This document shows, piece by piece, positions 28,001 through 38,015 of a DNA stretch of 64,000 bases. How positions within the stretch are numbered: the first letter of the stretch is position 1; each line of letters begins with the position of its first letter. Position numbers and translations under genes: made by a program. The stretch is from a virus. Location of the stretch: positions 13,712-77,711 of IMG/VR virus record IMGVR_UViG_3300021405_000010; one strand, 5' to 3'. A model generated the notes under the pieces. It saw only the letters and a list, made by a program, of their open reading frames with translations, ran no database searches and was not told where the DNA came from.

Positions 28001-28564
28001 GACGACATTGTTGTGGATTAAGGTGTTATTGCGCTGCCGGTAGATATTGATTCCCGCTCCGGCATTGTTAACCAGATCGGCTTGAGTCTGCTTTTTATAG
28101 ATGTTAAGGATCGTCAGGTTCCTGACCTCGATCCCGTTGCCGTAACTAAACTGGACGCCGTCCGAATAGAGCCCCGAGGCAGTGTTCTGGTTAGTCGCAT
28201 TGATCTGGCCGTTGGTTCCCCCATCCACCGTGATGTAGTCAACGACGTAGCCGTTAATCGCCGCTCCCAGGCCCACCGCACCCGTGGAGGGATTTAGGGG
28301 CCAGCTGGCCGCGCTCATCACGGCATTGGGCTCGAAAAAGATGGTGACCGGGTTCCCGGAAGCACCCGAGCCCTGGACGGTCAGGGGCGTAGAGATGGTC
28401 CCGCACAAATGGACGGTCGTCCCGGGCCCGATCTGGATGCCGGTCGGGGTGCCGCTCGTCCAGTTGGAGCCGGTATTGAAGTAGGTTACCGCCTTGGCAT
28501 CGGCAGCATCCAGGCCGCTGCCGGTCCCCTGCTGGGTCTGGGCGATGTAGACGGCGTTAGGCAC
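25097..28564 (-). CDS. Large tail/receptor-binding protein: beta-helix (pectin-lyase-like) domain, two beta-sandwich domains, 14 FPFTVASTSTVTAL repeats
   Basis: Asn-ladder IYNN repeats; AWDAGGFQY; repeats counted in translation. Confidence 0.75.
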   Translation of the reverse strand: MPNAVYIAQTQQGTGSGLDAADAKAVTYFNTGSNWTSGTPTGIQIGPGTTVHLCGTISTPLTVQGSGASGNPVTIFFEPNAVMSAASWPLNPSTGAVGLGAAINGYVVDYITVDGGTNGQINATNQNTASGLYSDGVQFSYGNGIEVRNLTILNIYKKQTQADLVNNAGAGINIYRQRNNTLIHNNVVTSAGACITTVRDTGNFSGCQIYNNTLKDANWCIQSGDIDGTSIFSNYQIYGNDITMPGTIWDDPQDQNHHNGIYIWAEHDGSTITGLQIYNNYIHGDPGANTTSFIYLSANGTPGATGKLAQGLNGVLVYNNVIVATGTNNPTGGNIFCSLDGFFIYNNTLASIDVQGFGTRSYTGSVANSKGTIQNNIFANMATDNYNVGGVATLTMDHNVDTTLSTFVNGTTDASTSSAQNFRIISSSGARNAALNKSSVFTSDFNGVLRPGGTTAWDAGGFQYAAVVPTFPIQVASTSTVTALTFHGATIIRHFPFTVASTSTVTALNFHGSSAAGFTVGPTSPGSQTGTYTGIGATQVTLTQPGKISSMSMFWSTAGVSYILGIYDSTTNKNLLASTAVGVSTVGTNTLPIANGPVLAAGTYYLGFQVQGAVGGYYDQPSGAVGLFNNGQSWTGTLPSTFPTSGTASGQYLFSVYATFAPIVVQHFPLTVASTSTVTALSFHGANVATFTMGPTSPGANVASQPGIGASQVTLTQAGILRSISIFSADATPNNLLLGVYADAGNVPGALLASTAVTPTSSTGLITVPIANGPTLAPGNYWLAQQAQNPFAGYYDTPVGNALFDTSVPYTGTLINPYTSGTAGGPYQISIYATLVGPTVQNFPFTVTSTSTVTRLGYETARHFPFTVQSTSTVTALNFETAGAAQHFPLTVASTSTVTALWQQTIGKHFPFTVASVSTVTKLGFETGRRFPFAIASTSTVTALGLRVQRRFPFSVASTSSVTALGFETAKRFPFTVASTSSVTALAFHQTLLLHFPVSVHSNSTVTALGYEVARHFALTVASTSTVTALGLEVQRAGFGFTVASTSTVTRLLWSLPVQDFPFSVTSTSTVTALGWENDHFHAPLIVPSYSGSNQQTQIQVPARIAYREAEREEGPWVMPPYANLYPGGEQGGTAFVPPPVQKTDLWAAMQTWPL

Positions 28565-28577
28565 ACCCTAGGACTCT

Positions 28578-29003
28578 TTAATCGATGCGGAAACTGAAGT
28601 CGGCAGCGTTAAACGTGATGTTGTTCCCGTTGGCGATCGACTGCTGGCTGCCTGCCGGGATGTCGTTGAGCAGGATCAGGTTCCCGCCGCTAGACGCATC
28701 ACGCAGGCCGGTCGCGACAATCGGGCCCAGGGACCCCGTCGCAGTGAACCAGGAGAGCGGGAAGCTCGCCCCGGAGCACACCTTGGCCCGGTTGGCCGCT
28801 GCGGCAAAGAAGGCGGCGGAATTAGTGATCGCCAGCCGCACGTAACCGGCTCCGGTGACTTCCACGCCCCCGGAATCCGCGAGGCCGGGGCTGGTCGTAA
28901 ACATGCAGACGTACCATGTCCCGGGAATAGTTGGGGTGACGAGTTTTCCAAACCACTGGTCTTCCAGCAGATGGACGAAGTAGGTGGCTAGTTCTTGGGG
29001 CAT
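28578..29003 (-). CDS. Minor tail/fibre protein (Gp80-like)
   Basis: YVCMFTTSP..SGGVEVTGAGYVR...GLRDASSGGNLI; start revised to MPQEL. Confidence 0.75.
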   Translation of the reverse strand: MPQELATYFVHLLEDQWFGKLVTPTIPGTWYVCMFTTSPGLADSGGVEVTGAGYVRLAITNSAAFFAAAANRAKVCSGASFPLSWFTATGSLGPIVATGLRDASSGGNLILLNDIPAGSQQSIANGNNITFNAADFSFRID

Positions 29004-29010
29004 AATTTTT

Positions 29011-29808
29011 TTATCCGAATAGGGTGGCGTAACCGACAAACTGAAAAGCTCCATTACCGGCACTGGAAAAGCTTGCGGGAAGGGCCCCGGTCCAGGTCGT
29101 TCCATTGTTCCAGGCCCCCAGTCCCACTCCGTTATTGTAGGTGCCGTTGATGGGGGCTTGATTCTGCCAAGCAACCCAGTAGGTCCCGGCTGGAATGGTG
29201 GGGCCGTTCGCCACCGGCACAGTCTGCAAGCCAGCGTTGATGGTGGGTACGACTGCGGTCGAAGTGCCAGCGATCAGGGTTCCGGGGAGGTTTGCGGCAT
29301 CGGTATAGAGCCCCATGATCAGATTGATCCCGGAAGTGCCGCTGGTTAGATAGGTAGAGAACGATTTCAGGACCCCGCTTTTTGGGTTAACAACCTGAAC
29401 CCCGGTTATTCCGCTGAAACTTCCGTTGCTGGTTCCTTGCGCGGTAGGTCCAACATTGAAGTTGGACCCAGGAGGAGCAACGGGCCCGATCGAACCGGCC
29501 AGCTTCGCTTCCAGGGAAAACTCCGTATCGCTGGGATTAACCGCGCCTGCCAGCGCCTGGACCTGTTTTGCCAGCAGAGAAAACACTGTGTCATTCGAGC
29601 TAACTGTGCCGCCCAGGGCCTGCAGCTCTTTTACGAGCAGGGAAAAGACCGTGTCGTTTGAATTGATCGTGCCGCCGAGGGCCTGGACCTGTTTTACCAG
29701 CAGAGAGAATGCCGTGTCGGTGGAAGTCGCTGTGCCGCCCAGGGCCTGCAGCTGCTTCACCATGAGCCAGAATACTGAGTCGCCTATCGCTGCTGGTTGA
29801 GCACTCAT
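29011..29808 (-). CDS. Virion protein with five 21-aa helical repeats and a beta-sandwich shared with 25097..28564
   Basis: DTxFSLLVKQVQALGG repeats; PVANGPTIPAGTYW domain. Confidence 0.7.
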   Translation of the reverse strand: MSAQPAAIGDSVFWLMVKQLQALGGTATSTDTAFSLLVKQVQALGGTINSNDTVFSLLVKELQALGGTVSSNDTVFSLLAKQVQALAGAVNPSDTEFSLEAKLAGSIGPVAPPGSNFNVGPTAQGTSNGSFSGITGVQVVNPKSGVLKSFSTYLTSGTSGINLIMGLYTDAANLPGTLIAGTSTAVVPTINAGLQTVPVANGPTIPAGTYWVAWQNQAPINGTYNNGVGLGAWNNGTTWTGALPASFSSAGNGAFQFVGYATLFG

Positions 29809-29809
29809 T

Positions 29810-30301
29810 TCAAGTCCACTTGCCGTAGGTCAGGTTGACCGATTTACCGGCATTGGGGCCGCTTGACTGGCTAACCACCAGATCCCCTCCGTTAACGACC
29901 TGCAGACTGATCTGGCTCGCGGAATCGGGCGATTTCATCGAGACTGGCGGTGCCGTAGCTTCCACCCAGCCAGCATCCTGCCGGGCATAAGGCGTCCCGT
30001 CACTGGGCGCGTCAGCGGTGATTACCCCAGGCGCTCCGGGCGCACCAGCTGTCCCGGGATCTCCCTGGTCGCCCTTGGGCCCCGTTGCTCCGGGCTCGCC
30101 CTGTGGTCCCTGTTCACCCGCTGGCCCGGGCTCGCCCTGTGGTCCTTCAGGTCCCGCTGGTCCCGCAGCGGAATCGCTCGAAAGGTCGGCAATCCTGAAC
30201 CGGCCTCCGGTCTGCAGCTCACGGGCGTACAGGCATCCGTCACTGCCGATGTACCAGCTCAACTGGGCTGGCGCTCCTCCGAGATCTTGTGGAATTGGCA
30301 T
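29810..30301 (-). CDS. Collagen-like fibre protein
   Basis: GXY repeats; [16 protein letters not shown] motif. Confidence 0.8.
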   Translation of the reverse strand: MPIPQDLGGAPAQLSWYIGSDGCLYARELQTGGRFRIADLSSDSAAGPAGPEGPQGEPGPAGEQGPQGEPGATGPKGDQGDPGTAGAPGAPGVITADAPSDGTPYARQDAGWVEATAPPVSMKSPDSASQISLQVVNGGDLVVSQSSGPNAGKSVNLTYGKWT

Positions 30302-30307
30302 AAGTTT

Positions 30308-32122
30308 TTACCAGCCGGTGTCTGCTGTGAAATGCCATTGGTAATTGGCGTTGCTGGCATTTTGAGTTGTCGTAGAAAAACCACCAAATCCTCGCACCCC
30401 AACTACCTGTGCGGCGGCAATGGCCCGACTGGTGGTTGCCGTGGCATCATAGAGAGCGTTAATTGCCCCGGTGTTACCGTTGTAGCCTGTCATCGTCGGT
30501 GTTTTCGCCATTATTTTTGGAAACGAAATCGGCAAAATTGGGTTAGCACCTCCTACGATAAGATGATAGATCATCCCTGGACTGCTAACCGTACCGGGAG
30601 CAACATTGTAGTCATAGCTTTTGCAGTAATACCGCAGACACTCGTCGAGATTCTGGGAGAACGGCCTGTCGATAAAGGGTGAACAAACCGGCCCAGGTTC
30701 ATGCTGAGCGGCATAAAACCCCCACGAATTACCAACGGTAGCTAGCGAGTTTAAATTATTCGCAACTCTTTGATCGCCGGTCACCCACTGGTTAGGAGTT
30801 GCCGTGTTGTAAGTAGAGCCTGCCCCAAAGCAAAAGCCCAAAATGTATCCGGTTGTTCCCGGCTGATTGGCGAAGGCCATGCTGCTCGGCCAAACGGGGA
30901 TATTTGGGAAAGTGAAGACGGTCAGCGTGTTGGCCACCGGAGCAACAGGGATGACGTAAGAATTCGCTCTCCCGGAATCCTGCAAATAAATGCAAAATGG
31001 AACGCCTGCCCCACTAATCATGGTGACCGAGAGCGAGGTCGCTCCTCCGCTGATCGGGCGGTACATCGGCCCTTCGATATACTGCTCAACGCAATAATAA
31101 TCTCCTGCAGCCAAGCTCGCTTGAGCCGTCGAAACCGACATTTGCAACGAATTGCGGGTGAAAACGTAGGTCGTTCCAGGAATGCTCGCTTTCGTATTGG
31201 ACTGGGACCCATTGACCACTGCGGTTAACCCCGCCGATCTGACCGCAAACCATCGATCAAGAATACGTCCAGCCGTTCCGAGAGGATTAGCCGCAAACAG
31301 AGCTGTCTGGGTTACTTCAAAATTCGGGTTCCCCACGGCGTTGACGGTATTCAGCCGAAGAGTCCAGATAGAAGATCGCGGCACCAGAACCTGGGAATCT
31401 GAACCAAGGATGGCGATATTACCCACATCGGTACTGACAGCAGTAGGACCAGGGGTCCCTTGAGGTCCAGTGGGTCCAGCAGGTCCTTGCGATCCGGTTG
31501 CGCCGGGAGTGCCTTGCGGTCCACTGGAGCCTGCAGGTCCTTGTGGTCCTGCAGCGCCGGTATTGCCTTGTGGCCCTTGTGGACCGGTCGCGCCGGGCGT
31601 TCCCTGTGGTCCGCTGGCACCCGTATTGCCCGTGGGTCCTGCGGGTCCTGCGGGTCCGGGGACTGTACTGGCCGCTCCCTGTGGTCCAGGAGGTCCCTCT
31701 GGCCCTTGTGGCCCCTGAATCTGGCCGATATCCACCCATGCGGTGCCGTTCCAGACCCAGGCGTGTCCGGTATCCAGTGCAGTGTAGCAATCGTTAGGCG
31801 AATTGCCGCTCGCAGGAAGACTGGCGGCGGTTGGCACCGTGCCTTTCATGTTGAGACCAGTCCCGGCTGGTCCCTGTGGCCCCTGGGCCCCTGGTGGCCC
31901 TTGAATACCTTGGGGACCGGTGCCTCCCTGTGGTCCGGCTAGTCCCTGCGGCCCCTCCGGCCCAACTGCTCCCTGTGGCCCCTGGATGGAGAATTTCTCG
32001 ATATCCTCGTAGATCGTGAACAGGCAGTTAGTCTGCAGTTCGTGCGCGTAAAGGTTCTCGTCCTGGCCGATGTACCACGTCAGCTGGGCAGGACCGCCGA
32101 TCACGTCTACTGGGAGCGGCAT
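30308..32122 (-). CDS. Collagen-like tail fibre with C-terminal NPNFEV...TADTGW domain
   Basis: GXY tracts; start revised to MPLPVDV by paralogy with 29810..30301. Confidence 0.8.
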   Translation of the reverse strand: MPLPVDVIGGPAQLTWYIGQDENLYAHELQTNCLFTIYEDIEKFSIQGPQGAVGPEGPQGLAGPQGGTGPQGIQGPPGAQGPQGPAGTGLNMKGTVPTAASLPASGNSPNDCYTALDTGHAWVWNGTAWVDIGQIQGPQGPEGPPGPQGAASTVPGPAGPAGPTGNTGASGPQGTPGATGPQGPQGNTGAAGPQGPAGSSGPQGTPGATGSQGPAGPTGPQGTPGPTAVSTDVGNIAILGSDSQVLVPRSSIWTLRLNTVNAVGNPNFEVTQTALFAANPLGTAGRILDRWFAVRSAGLTAVVNGSQSNTKASIPGTTYVFTRNSLQMSVSTAQASLAAGDYYCVEQYIEGPMYRPISGGATSLSVTMISGAGVPFCIYLQDSGRANSYVIPVAPVANTLTVFTFPNIPVWPSSMAFANQPGTTGYILGFCFGAGSTYNTATPNQWVTGDQRVANNLNSLATVGNSWGFYAAQHEPGPVCSPFIDRPFSQNLDECLRYYCKSYDYNVAPGTVSSPGMIYHLIVGGANPILPISFPKIMAKTPTMTGYNGNTGAINALYDATATTSRAIAAAQVVGVRGFGGFSTTTQNASNANYQWHFTADTGW

Positions 32123-32123
32123 A

Positions 32124-32357
32124 TCAAGGGATTTTGCTGTAGCCAGTGGCCGCGCCTGGGAGCGTGCATTTCGCTGGCGGAACAGTGTTTGAGATGGGGT
32201 TAGCAGCGTTGATCCGGGCCACCTGATCCTGGCCGTTGTAGCGGACCGGGATCCCGCTATTGGCCGGGTTAACGTAGGGGCCAGGGCCATCTTCCCAGGC
32301 TATCGTGGTGGGTGGGCCTTTGGGGAAGGTGACCGGCATGAAGGGGTTATTATTCAT
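32124..32357 (-). CDS. Small Pro-rich protein ending YSKIP
   Basis: ATGA-coupled. Confidence 0.6.
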   Translation of the reverse strand: MNNNPFMPVTFPKGPPTTIAWEDGPGPYVNPANSGIPVRYNGQDQVARINAANPISNTVPPAKCTLPGAATGYSKIP

Positions 32358-32494
32358 GGCAGTTTAGAAAGCGTTGGATTGGCTATCTTTGGGCCTGATT
32401 CTAACAGGGTTGACGGAGCGCCTCCGCTCGGCGGCGGCCAGACCGGGAAGGGCGGCAACCCTGGCTGGCCGCCCGGTGGATGGAGAACAATCAT
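32354..32494 (-). CDS. 46-aa Pro-rich peptide ending LSKLP; paralog of 32491..32823
   Basis: Manual translation [46 protein letters not shown]; ATGA on both sides. Confidence 0.7.
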   Translation of the reverse strand: MIVLHPPGGQPGLPPFPVWPPPSGGAPSTLLESGPKIANPTLSKLP

Positions 32495-32823
32495 GGCAGT
32501 TTAGATAGGGATGGCGAGGCCTTATCCGGCAGCACGCAAAACTTCGAGTGCGGCCACGCAGGCAGTTGCTGCTGCTGGTTCTGGCCGGTGGCTCCGGATG
32601 GCATCTTGGTAGGAAAGAAGGTCGCCTTCCAAACGCCCCCGGGCGGATAAGGATTGGCCGTCGAGATATTGGCCGTTTGCCCTCCTCCATAAGGGAAGGG
32701 GTTAGTGATCGGCCCCAGTTCCGGGGCCGTAACCGGCGCGCCACCAGAGGGCGGGGGCCACGTCGGGAAGGGTGGCAGGCCGGGTTGGCCAGCCAATGCT
32801 CCAATTTGTGGGTTATCGCTCAT
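32491..32823 (-). CDS. Pro-rich protein ending LSKLP
   Basis: GQPGLPPFPTWPPPSGGAP. Confidence 0.65.
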   Translation of the reverse strand: MSDNPQIGALAGQPGLPPFPTWPPPSGGAPVTAPELGPITNPFPYGGGQTANISTANPYPPGGVWKATFFPTKMPSGATGQNQQQQLPAWPHSKFCVLPDKASPSLSKLP

Positions 32824-32826
32824 AAA

Positions 32827-35394
32827 TTACCATCCAGTGTCGGCGGTGTAGTGGAATTCGCATCGTCCGACTGCTTGAGCTGCGGAAAATCCAATGCTGC
32901 TTACCGCCAGCGCATTGGACCCATAACTGAGAATGGCGACGGGTGAGCCGTTAATATTGGCAGTAGCGGCAGCACCGCTGGACGGACTATAGATCGTCGC
33001 CGTTGGATTCACCGCCAAAGGTCTGGGGTAGGGCGCATAGCCGTAAAAGGCCGCCAAGCTGGTCGGACTGATGAAGGCCGGGCCGCCAGAGATCACCGTT
33101 CCAGCCTTGGTCCCGTAGATATACGATTTGGCGAAATAGCGCAAACACTCGTGGTAGTTCTGGTCGAATGGCTTATCAATCGGCATTGAACAGACCGGTC
33201 CCGGTTCCCATTGGATGAATCCGATGTCGAAGCTCGAGGTGGTGATGGGGCTTGAGGCAAAATTGTCCTGGCCATGCGCCCCAAAAAAGTTGCCGGTCAC
33301 CCAGGTGTCGTTCGCGCCCGTGGTGAGGGTTGTGCCTGCGGCTAAACAGATCCTCAACAACTGTCCCGCCGCTCCGGGAGCGGTCGACCAGTTGCCTCCT
33401 CCTAAAGAAGTGGGAGACGGAATATTCGGGAACTGGAAAAGCGTCCAGGCATTAGCCGTATTAATCGTGAAAAGCTTGGAGAGGCATTGGGTGGGCGGAT
33501 TGTCAGAGATGACAAGGCCAAGCTGGATCGGAGCAACGCTCGAGCGCACGAGGATCGAGATCGAAGAAACATCAAGGAAGATCTCCCTGAACTGCGGTCC
33601 CTCCAGGTACTGGCCGATCGTCAGGTTATCGCTCGCTCCCAAGGTTGATTGAGCCGTGGTCAACTGGACGCGCGGGGTAGCTCGAGAGATCAGGTAGCTA
33701 GTGCCAGGGAGAGTGGCCAGTTGCCCGGGGGCTTGCCCTATCTTGATGGCCATGGTGCCAACTTTAGTCTGCCACCACCGATCCTGCCAAAGGAGGCCGG
33801 TGGCGGGACTAGTCAGCGTTGTGCCAACGTTCCTTTGATCCACCTCGAAGTTGGGGTTGCCGATGGCGTTGTAGCTCCGCAGGCGCACGTTCCAGATTGC
33901 AGAAACCGGGACACTGATCAGGCTGTCTGAACCCAGGACTGCGAGGTTACCTGCATCGGTGCTAACTCCTGAAGTTCCGGCAGGCCCCTGGGGCCCGGCT
34001 GGACCTTGCGCTCCTGGTGCTCCGGTAGTTCCCTGCGGCCCAGTAGGCCCCTGCGGCCCAGTGGGGCCGGTCGCGCCCGTATCGCCCCTGGGGACGGTGA
34101 AGTTAAAAACCGCCGCAGAAGTGGTGCCGGAATTTGTGACGCTGGCAAAGGATCCCGCAGCGCCGGTAACCGTGGACCCAACGGCGACAGTGGCCGCCGC
34201 TCCGCTTGCGCCCGTATTTCCCTGCACCCCTTGCGCCCCTTGAGGACCCGTAGCTCCCGTAGGTCCGGCTGCTCCGGTGTTACCAATCGGACCCTGGGCA
34301 CCGGCTGGACCCACTGCTCCCTGTGGCCCCTGGGCTCCGGCGATCCCTTGCGGCACCGTAAAATTTAAGACGGCGGCTGAACTGGACCCGCTGTTTGCAA
34401 CCGCTGCGTTGGAACCTGCCGCGCCCGTAGTGGTGGTGCCCACGGCGACCGTAGCGGCACTCCCCGCCGGTCCTGTGGATCCGGCAGGCCCAGTGGGGCC
34501 GGTGGGTCCTTGAATCGGCCCGATATCAACCCAGGCGGGGCCCGGTGTGCTCCAGACCCAGCCGTGGCCGGTATTAGCCGCGATCCACAGATCACCCAAA
34601 GTGTTGCCGGTAGCCGGGAGATTAGCCGAGGTCGGGACTGTGCCTTTGATGACCACGCTCGTGCCATCGTTGCCCTTGGGCCCCGTTGGCCCTGTCGCGC
34701 CCGTAGGTCCGGTGGACCCGGCGGCTCCGGTTGGCCCCTGGTTACCTTGCGGCCCCTGGTTGCCGATCGGGCCTTGCACCCCCTGATTACCCTGGGCTCC
34801 GATTGGTCCCTGGGGTCCGGCGGGACCGGTGGCACCAGCCGGGCCGGTTGGCCCCTGGAATGGGCCCAGGTCAAGCCAGGAACCCGTCCAGACATAGGCG
34901 TGCCCATCGGAGAGGGAGACCCATAGATCGTTGATCGCGTTGCCGCTGCCCGGAAGGTTAGCCGGAGTAGCGACGGTGCCCTTGACGGTAAGGGGCAGCC
35001 CCGGTGGTCCTGCAATACCCGCTGGCCCGGTTGGCCCCGCTGGGCCGGTGCCGCCCGGAGGGCCGGGTAGACTGGTCGTCGTCACCTTGCCCGGCTTAAT
35101 CCCGGTTCCCGGCGGCTGATTAAGACTGGTCCCAAGGTTCTGGACCGTCATCCGGTTCAGGGCGTCGGTCGAAACAACCGTGTAATAGCCGCCATTCTCG
35201 ATCACCACCGTCATCCCGGCGACGAACCCTTGAGCGTTGGCCACCACCAGGGTGACATTACCCAAAACCGGCGGCTGCACCCACGGATCCAGGACGGTTG
35301 TAAAAACGTAGACGAAGGTGATCCCGTCGTAGTCCGGCGGATCCTGCGGCCTGACTCCGGGGATCCGAGGCGCGATGGTGTATTCCTGGTACAT
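32827..35394 (-). CDS. Collagen-like tail fibre (855 aa)
   Basis: Long GXY tracts, KGTV..LP..W..GH.WVW..DxG modules, C-terminal TADTGW domain. Confidence 0.85.
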   Translation of the reverse strand: MYQEYTIAPRIPGVRPQDPPDYDGITFVYVFTTVLDPWVQPPVLGNVTLVVANAQGFVAGMTVVIENGGYYTVVSTDALNRMTVQNLGTSLNQPPGTGIKPGKVTTTSLPGPPGGTGPAGPTGPAGIAGPPGLPLTVKGTVATPANLPGSGNAINDLWVSLSDGHAYVWTGSWLDLGPFQGPTGPAGATGPAGPQGPIGAQGNQGVQGPIGNQGPQGNQGPTGAAGSTGPTGATGPTGPKGNDGTSVVIKGTVPTSANLPATGNTLGDLWIAANTGHGWVWSTPGPAWVDIGPIQGPTGPTGPAGSTGPAGSAATVAVGTTTTGAAGSNAAVANSGSSSAAVLNFTVPQGIAGAQGPQGAVGPAGAQGPIGNTGAAGPTGATGPQGAQGVQGNTGASGAAATVAVGSTVTGAAGSFASVTNSGTTSAAVFNFTVPRGDTGATGPTGPQGPTGPQGTTGAPGAQGPAGPQGPAGTSGVSTDAGNLAVLGSDSLISVPVSAIWNVRLRSYNAIGNPNFEVDQRNVGTTLTSPATGLLWQDRWWQTKVGTMAIKIGQAPGQLATLPGTSYLISRATPRVQLTTAQSTLGASDNLTIGQYLEGPQFREIFLDVSSISILVRSSVAPIQLGLVISDNPPTQCLSKLFTINTANAWTLFQFPNIPSPTSLGGGNWSTAPGAAGQLLRICLAAGTTLTTGANDTWVTGNFFGAHGQDNFASSPITTSSFDIGFIQWEPGPVCSMPIDKPFDQNYHECLRYFAKSYIYGTKAGTVISGGPAFISPTSLAAFYGYAPYPRPLAVNPTATIYSPSSGAAATANINGSPVAILSYGSNALAVSSIGFSAAQAVGRCEFHYTADTGW

Positions 35395-37023
35395 TTACGC
35401 TTTGATGATGAAGTTCACGGCCTTGTAGGGTGGTAGGGTACTAAATGGTGTGCCGCTGCCGATGCTACTGGTTGTGCCAGCGCCTGCGGCACCTGTGGTC
35501 AGATCCCTGTCCGCTCCGGCGGTAGTTGACGCTAAGCTTCGATCAGATGCCCCCGTGCCTCCGGCTGGCAGGGTAGCGGCGGAAACGGTGATGGGACCGA
35601 TACCGGCGGCGGCTGTCCCGTCCGCTGTGGGTCCGCCTGAGTTTATCAGGTTGCCAGGAGCCCCGCTTCCCGATGCTGCCCCGCTTCGGCTAAAGACGGT
35701 GTGTGAGTGGGTCCCGGCGCTGGCACCGTGGGCGTGATTAAACTGGCCCGTGGGAATAGGGTGGGTGTGATCGACCCCGGTAAAGGCGTGTAAGTGATTG
35801 ACCCCTGGGTGAGTGTGGTTACCCACGGTGTGAGTGTGAGCGGCCATTTCCGCGAGCGCCAAGGTATGAGTGGCCGCACCGCCTGCGGAAACCAGGGGAT
35901 AAGTGGCATTTGCCCCGATCGGGAAAGACCCTCGCATGTCGGGGAGATTAAAGGTCGAGCTGCCGTCTCCAGCTCCCCAGGAAGTTGAGAGAATCGCGAA
36001 GAGCGCCGGAAACTGGGTCCGGGACACTGCGGAGCCGTCACAGGTGAGCCAGCCGCCTGGGGGTGTCACGGCTGGCCACATCGCCATCGTGCCGGTCATG
36101 GCGACTCCCTGAAGTCCTTGTGCTCCCTGAATTCCCTGTGGGCCCTGTGGGCCTTGCGGCCCTTGAGGGCCGGTCCCGGAGATCGTGTTGCCAACCGGGA
36201 TAACCGTTCCCGGCGGCTGGCCGCCCGGGTAATTCTGGTTGACCAGGGTCAGTGTATCGGCAACCGGGTCAGTCGCCTGGACACTGAAATACTCCCCGCC
36301 TTCCACGTAGACGATCTGGCCAGCGGCAAATGAGCTGGCATCCTCGACAAAGGCGATGCCGGTAGTGACCGGGATCGAGAACTGCTGTTTAAGGGTCGTA
36401 TAAACGCTGGTGCCGCTGACTCCCTGCGGCCCCGGCGGCCCAGCTGGCCCGGCTGGACCCTGCGGCCCCAAAGGGCCTCGCGCGTTGGCCGGGCTGATCA
36501 TTGTCCCGGCCCCGATCATCGTCCCGGGGGCGGCGTTATTGGGGTCGCCGGAGTTGACCAGATTGACGGTGTTGGCGCTCGGAGGCGACCCGATCACCGT
36601 GAAGGTTCCCGCACCCGGAATGTAGACTAAAAGCCCTGGGGTCATCCAGGAAGTGTCGCTGACGCTGGTCAGCACCGGCACCGAGCTGCTCGGATCCGGG
36701 ACCCGGAAAACGAGCGAGAGATAACTGAAAGAGGTGCGCCCCGGCGGCCCTTGTGGTCCCGGCGAGCCGTTACGTCCTTGAGGGCCGAGCTGCCCCTGGG
36801 GCCCGGGCAGGCCTACTCCGGGAGGGCCCTGGGGCCCTGGGCCGCCGCGCAGGGTGTCGATAAACAACCACTGGGCTAGAGCACCGGGAGGGGCCGATGG
36901 TTGTTTGGCGATCCAGTAGCCGCCGTCATCCAGTGTATACGCCGAATCATTCGGAAAGACCGAGCTGTTGTCGATCGCCGGAAGCTGGCTGTAACTTGGG
37001 AATTGACCTAGGAAGTGTGACAA
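35395..37023 (-). CDS. Collagen tail fibre with phage tail-collar domain
   Basis: GWLTCDGSAVSRTQFPALFAIL..WGAGDGSSTFNLPDMRG; PPYKAVNFIIKA. Confidence 0.88.
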   Translation of the reverse strand: MSHFLGQFPSYSQLPAIDNSSVFPNDSAYTLDDGGYWIAKQPSAPPGALAQWLFIDTLRGGPGPQGPPGVGLPGPQGQLGPQGRNGSPGPQGPPGRTSFSYLSLVFRVPDPSSSVPVLTSVSDTSWMTPGLLVYIPGAGTFTVIGSPPSANTVNLVNSGDPNNAAPGTMIGAGTMISPANARGPLGPQGPAGPAGPPGPQGVSGTSVYTTLKQQFSIPVTTGIAFVEDASSFAAGQIVYVEGGEYFSVQATDPVADTLTLVNQNYPGGQPPGTVIPVGNTISGTGPQGPQGPQGPQGIQGAQGLQGVAMTGTMAMWPAVTPPGGWLTCDGSAVSRTQFPALFAILSTSWGAGDGSSTFNLPDMRGSFPIGANATYPLVSAGGAATHTLALAEMAAHTHTVGNHTHPGVNHLHAFTGVDHTHPIPTGQFNHAHGASAGTHSHTVFSRSGAASGSGAPGNLINSGGPTADGTAAAGIGPITVSAATLPAGGTGASDRSLASTTAGADRDLTTGAAGAGTTSSIGSGTPFSTLPPYKAVNFIIKA

Positions 37024-37104
37024 GCCGTGGATTCCCCACGGAGAAACCAGACGCTCTTCAAGTCCGTGAAATTAACTCGCCTCCAACCAAGTGAACAGCT
37101 AAAA

Positions 37105-37368
37105 ATGCACATCGATCTGGAACTCAAATATCCGCTCCACCTGAAGCGTTTCCTGAAAGAAGAACGGATCGCCATCGTCGACTCGGCTGGAACCCCGGTC
37201 GCCCAGGCGGTCAACTACGTGCACGCTTACGAAATTGTCAGGCTGGCCAATTGCGCCTATAACCTCGTAAGCGACCTTTCACAGAAGAAGCCATATGAGA
37301 ACCCTGCAAAGCCTCCTGACGATCCTGGACGGCCAGAAGCTGGCCCCGGGATACCTGACCCCGCCTAA
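37105..37368 (+). CDS. Hypothetical protein
   Basis: Start revised to MHIDLEL. Confidence 0.5.
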   Translation: MHIDLELKYPLHLKRFLKEERIAIVDSAGTPVAQAVNYVHAYEIVRLANCAYNLVSDLSQKKPYENPAKPPDDPGRPEAGPGIPDPA

Positions 37369-37588
37369 ACCGACAGCCCTCGAATGCGCGATTGACCTTA
37401 AACGGCAGCTCGACACGGTCACGATCAACGGCGGAGCTTACCAGCCTCAAGGGACCCTGCTCTTCGCGGAAGCCTGGGTTGGCAGCTTGAGGGCCGGGGT
37501 AGACGCCATCTGGCTTAATGACGTGGACGGCAATCTCGACCTGAGTCACGGCAAGGGACCCGCCTACATTTTCCAGCAGCCGGTATGA
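37295..37588 (+). CDS. Hypothetical protein
   Basis: ATGA-coupled downstream. Confidence 0.55.
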   Translation: MRTLQSLLTILDGQKLAPGYLTPPKPTALECAIDLKRQLDTVTINGGAYQPQGTLLFAEAWVGSLRAGVDAIWLNDVDGNLDLSHGKGPAYIFQQPV

Positions 37589-37770
37589 GGTGGGATGAAA
37601 TCCTGATTGCGGTTTTCGTCTACCTTTCTTTGTCCGTGTCAATGATTTTTATCGCAGTTGGCGGCTACTTCATGACATGGTGCGCTTACGAGATTTATGC
37701 CGCTCACCAAAAAGGGAAAAAAGATCAAAGCCGCTATGGAGAAGACCTACGGTTCTCAGAAGAAGGCTGA
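37585..37770 (+). CDS. Membrane protein
   Basis: Hydrophobic N-terminus. Confidence 0.5.
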   Translation: MRWDEILIAVFVYLSLSVSMIFIAVGGYFMTWCAYEIYAAHQKGKKDQSRYGEDLRFSEEG

Positions 37771-37840
37771 ACAGGTCCTCTACGCCTCCAAGAACGCTGG
37801 CAAGATCAGTGGCATCGACAAGGCAAAGAAGAAAAAGTGA
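37697..37840 (+). CDS. Small Lys-rich phage protein (MPLTKKGKKI...YASKNAG type)
   Basis: Manual translation, 47 aa. Confidence 0.7.
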   Translation: MPLTKKGKKIKAAMEKTYGSQKKAEQVLYASKNAGKISGIDKAKKKK

Positions 37841-37844
37841 TTTT

Positions 37845-38015
37845 ATGGCCAAGAAAAAGGCACCTCCCGCAAAGAAAACGGCTCCTCAGAAACCGATGGC
37901 CAAGGGTAAGCCGATGAAGAAGGTCGCCAAGGGCAAGCCCAAATCGAAGTTGCCAACTCTGGGCGGAGGGTTGATGGGGCTGGGCGGGACCGGCGCTTCG
38001 GGCATGATCCCGTAA
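37845..38015 (+). CDS. Histone-like Lys/Ala/Pro-rich small protein
   Basis: MAKKKAPPAKK...; start revised. Confidence 0.65.
   Translation: MAKKKAPPAKKTAPQKPMAKGKPMKKVAKGKPKSKLPTLGGGLMGLGGTGASGMIP

Noticed and set aside
29810-37023. Paralogous fibre tips as diversity-generating retroelement TR/VR
   Set aside because: No reverse transcriptase in the window and no near-identical repeat pair differing only at adenines was seen.
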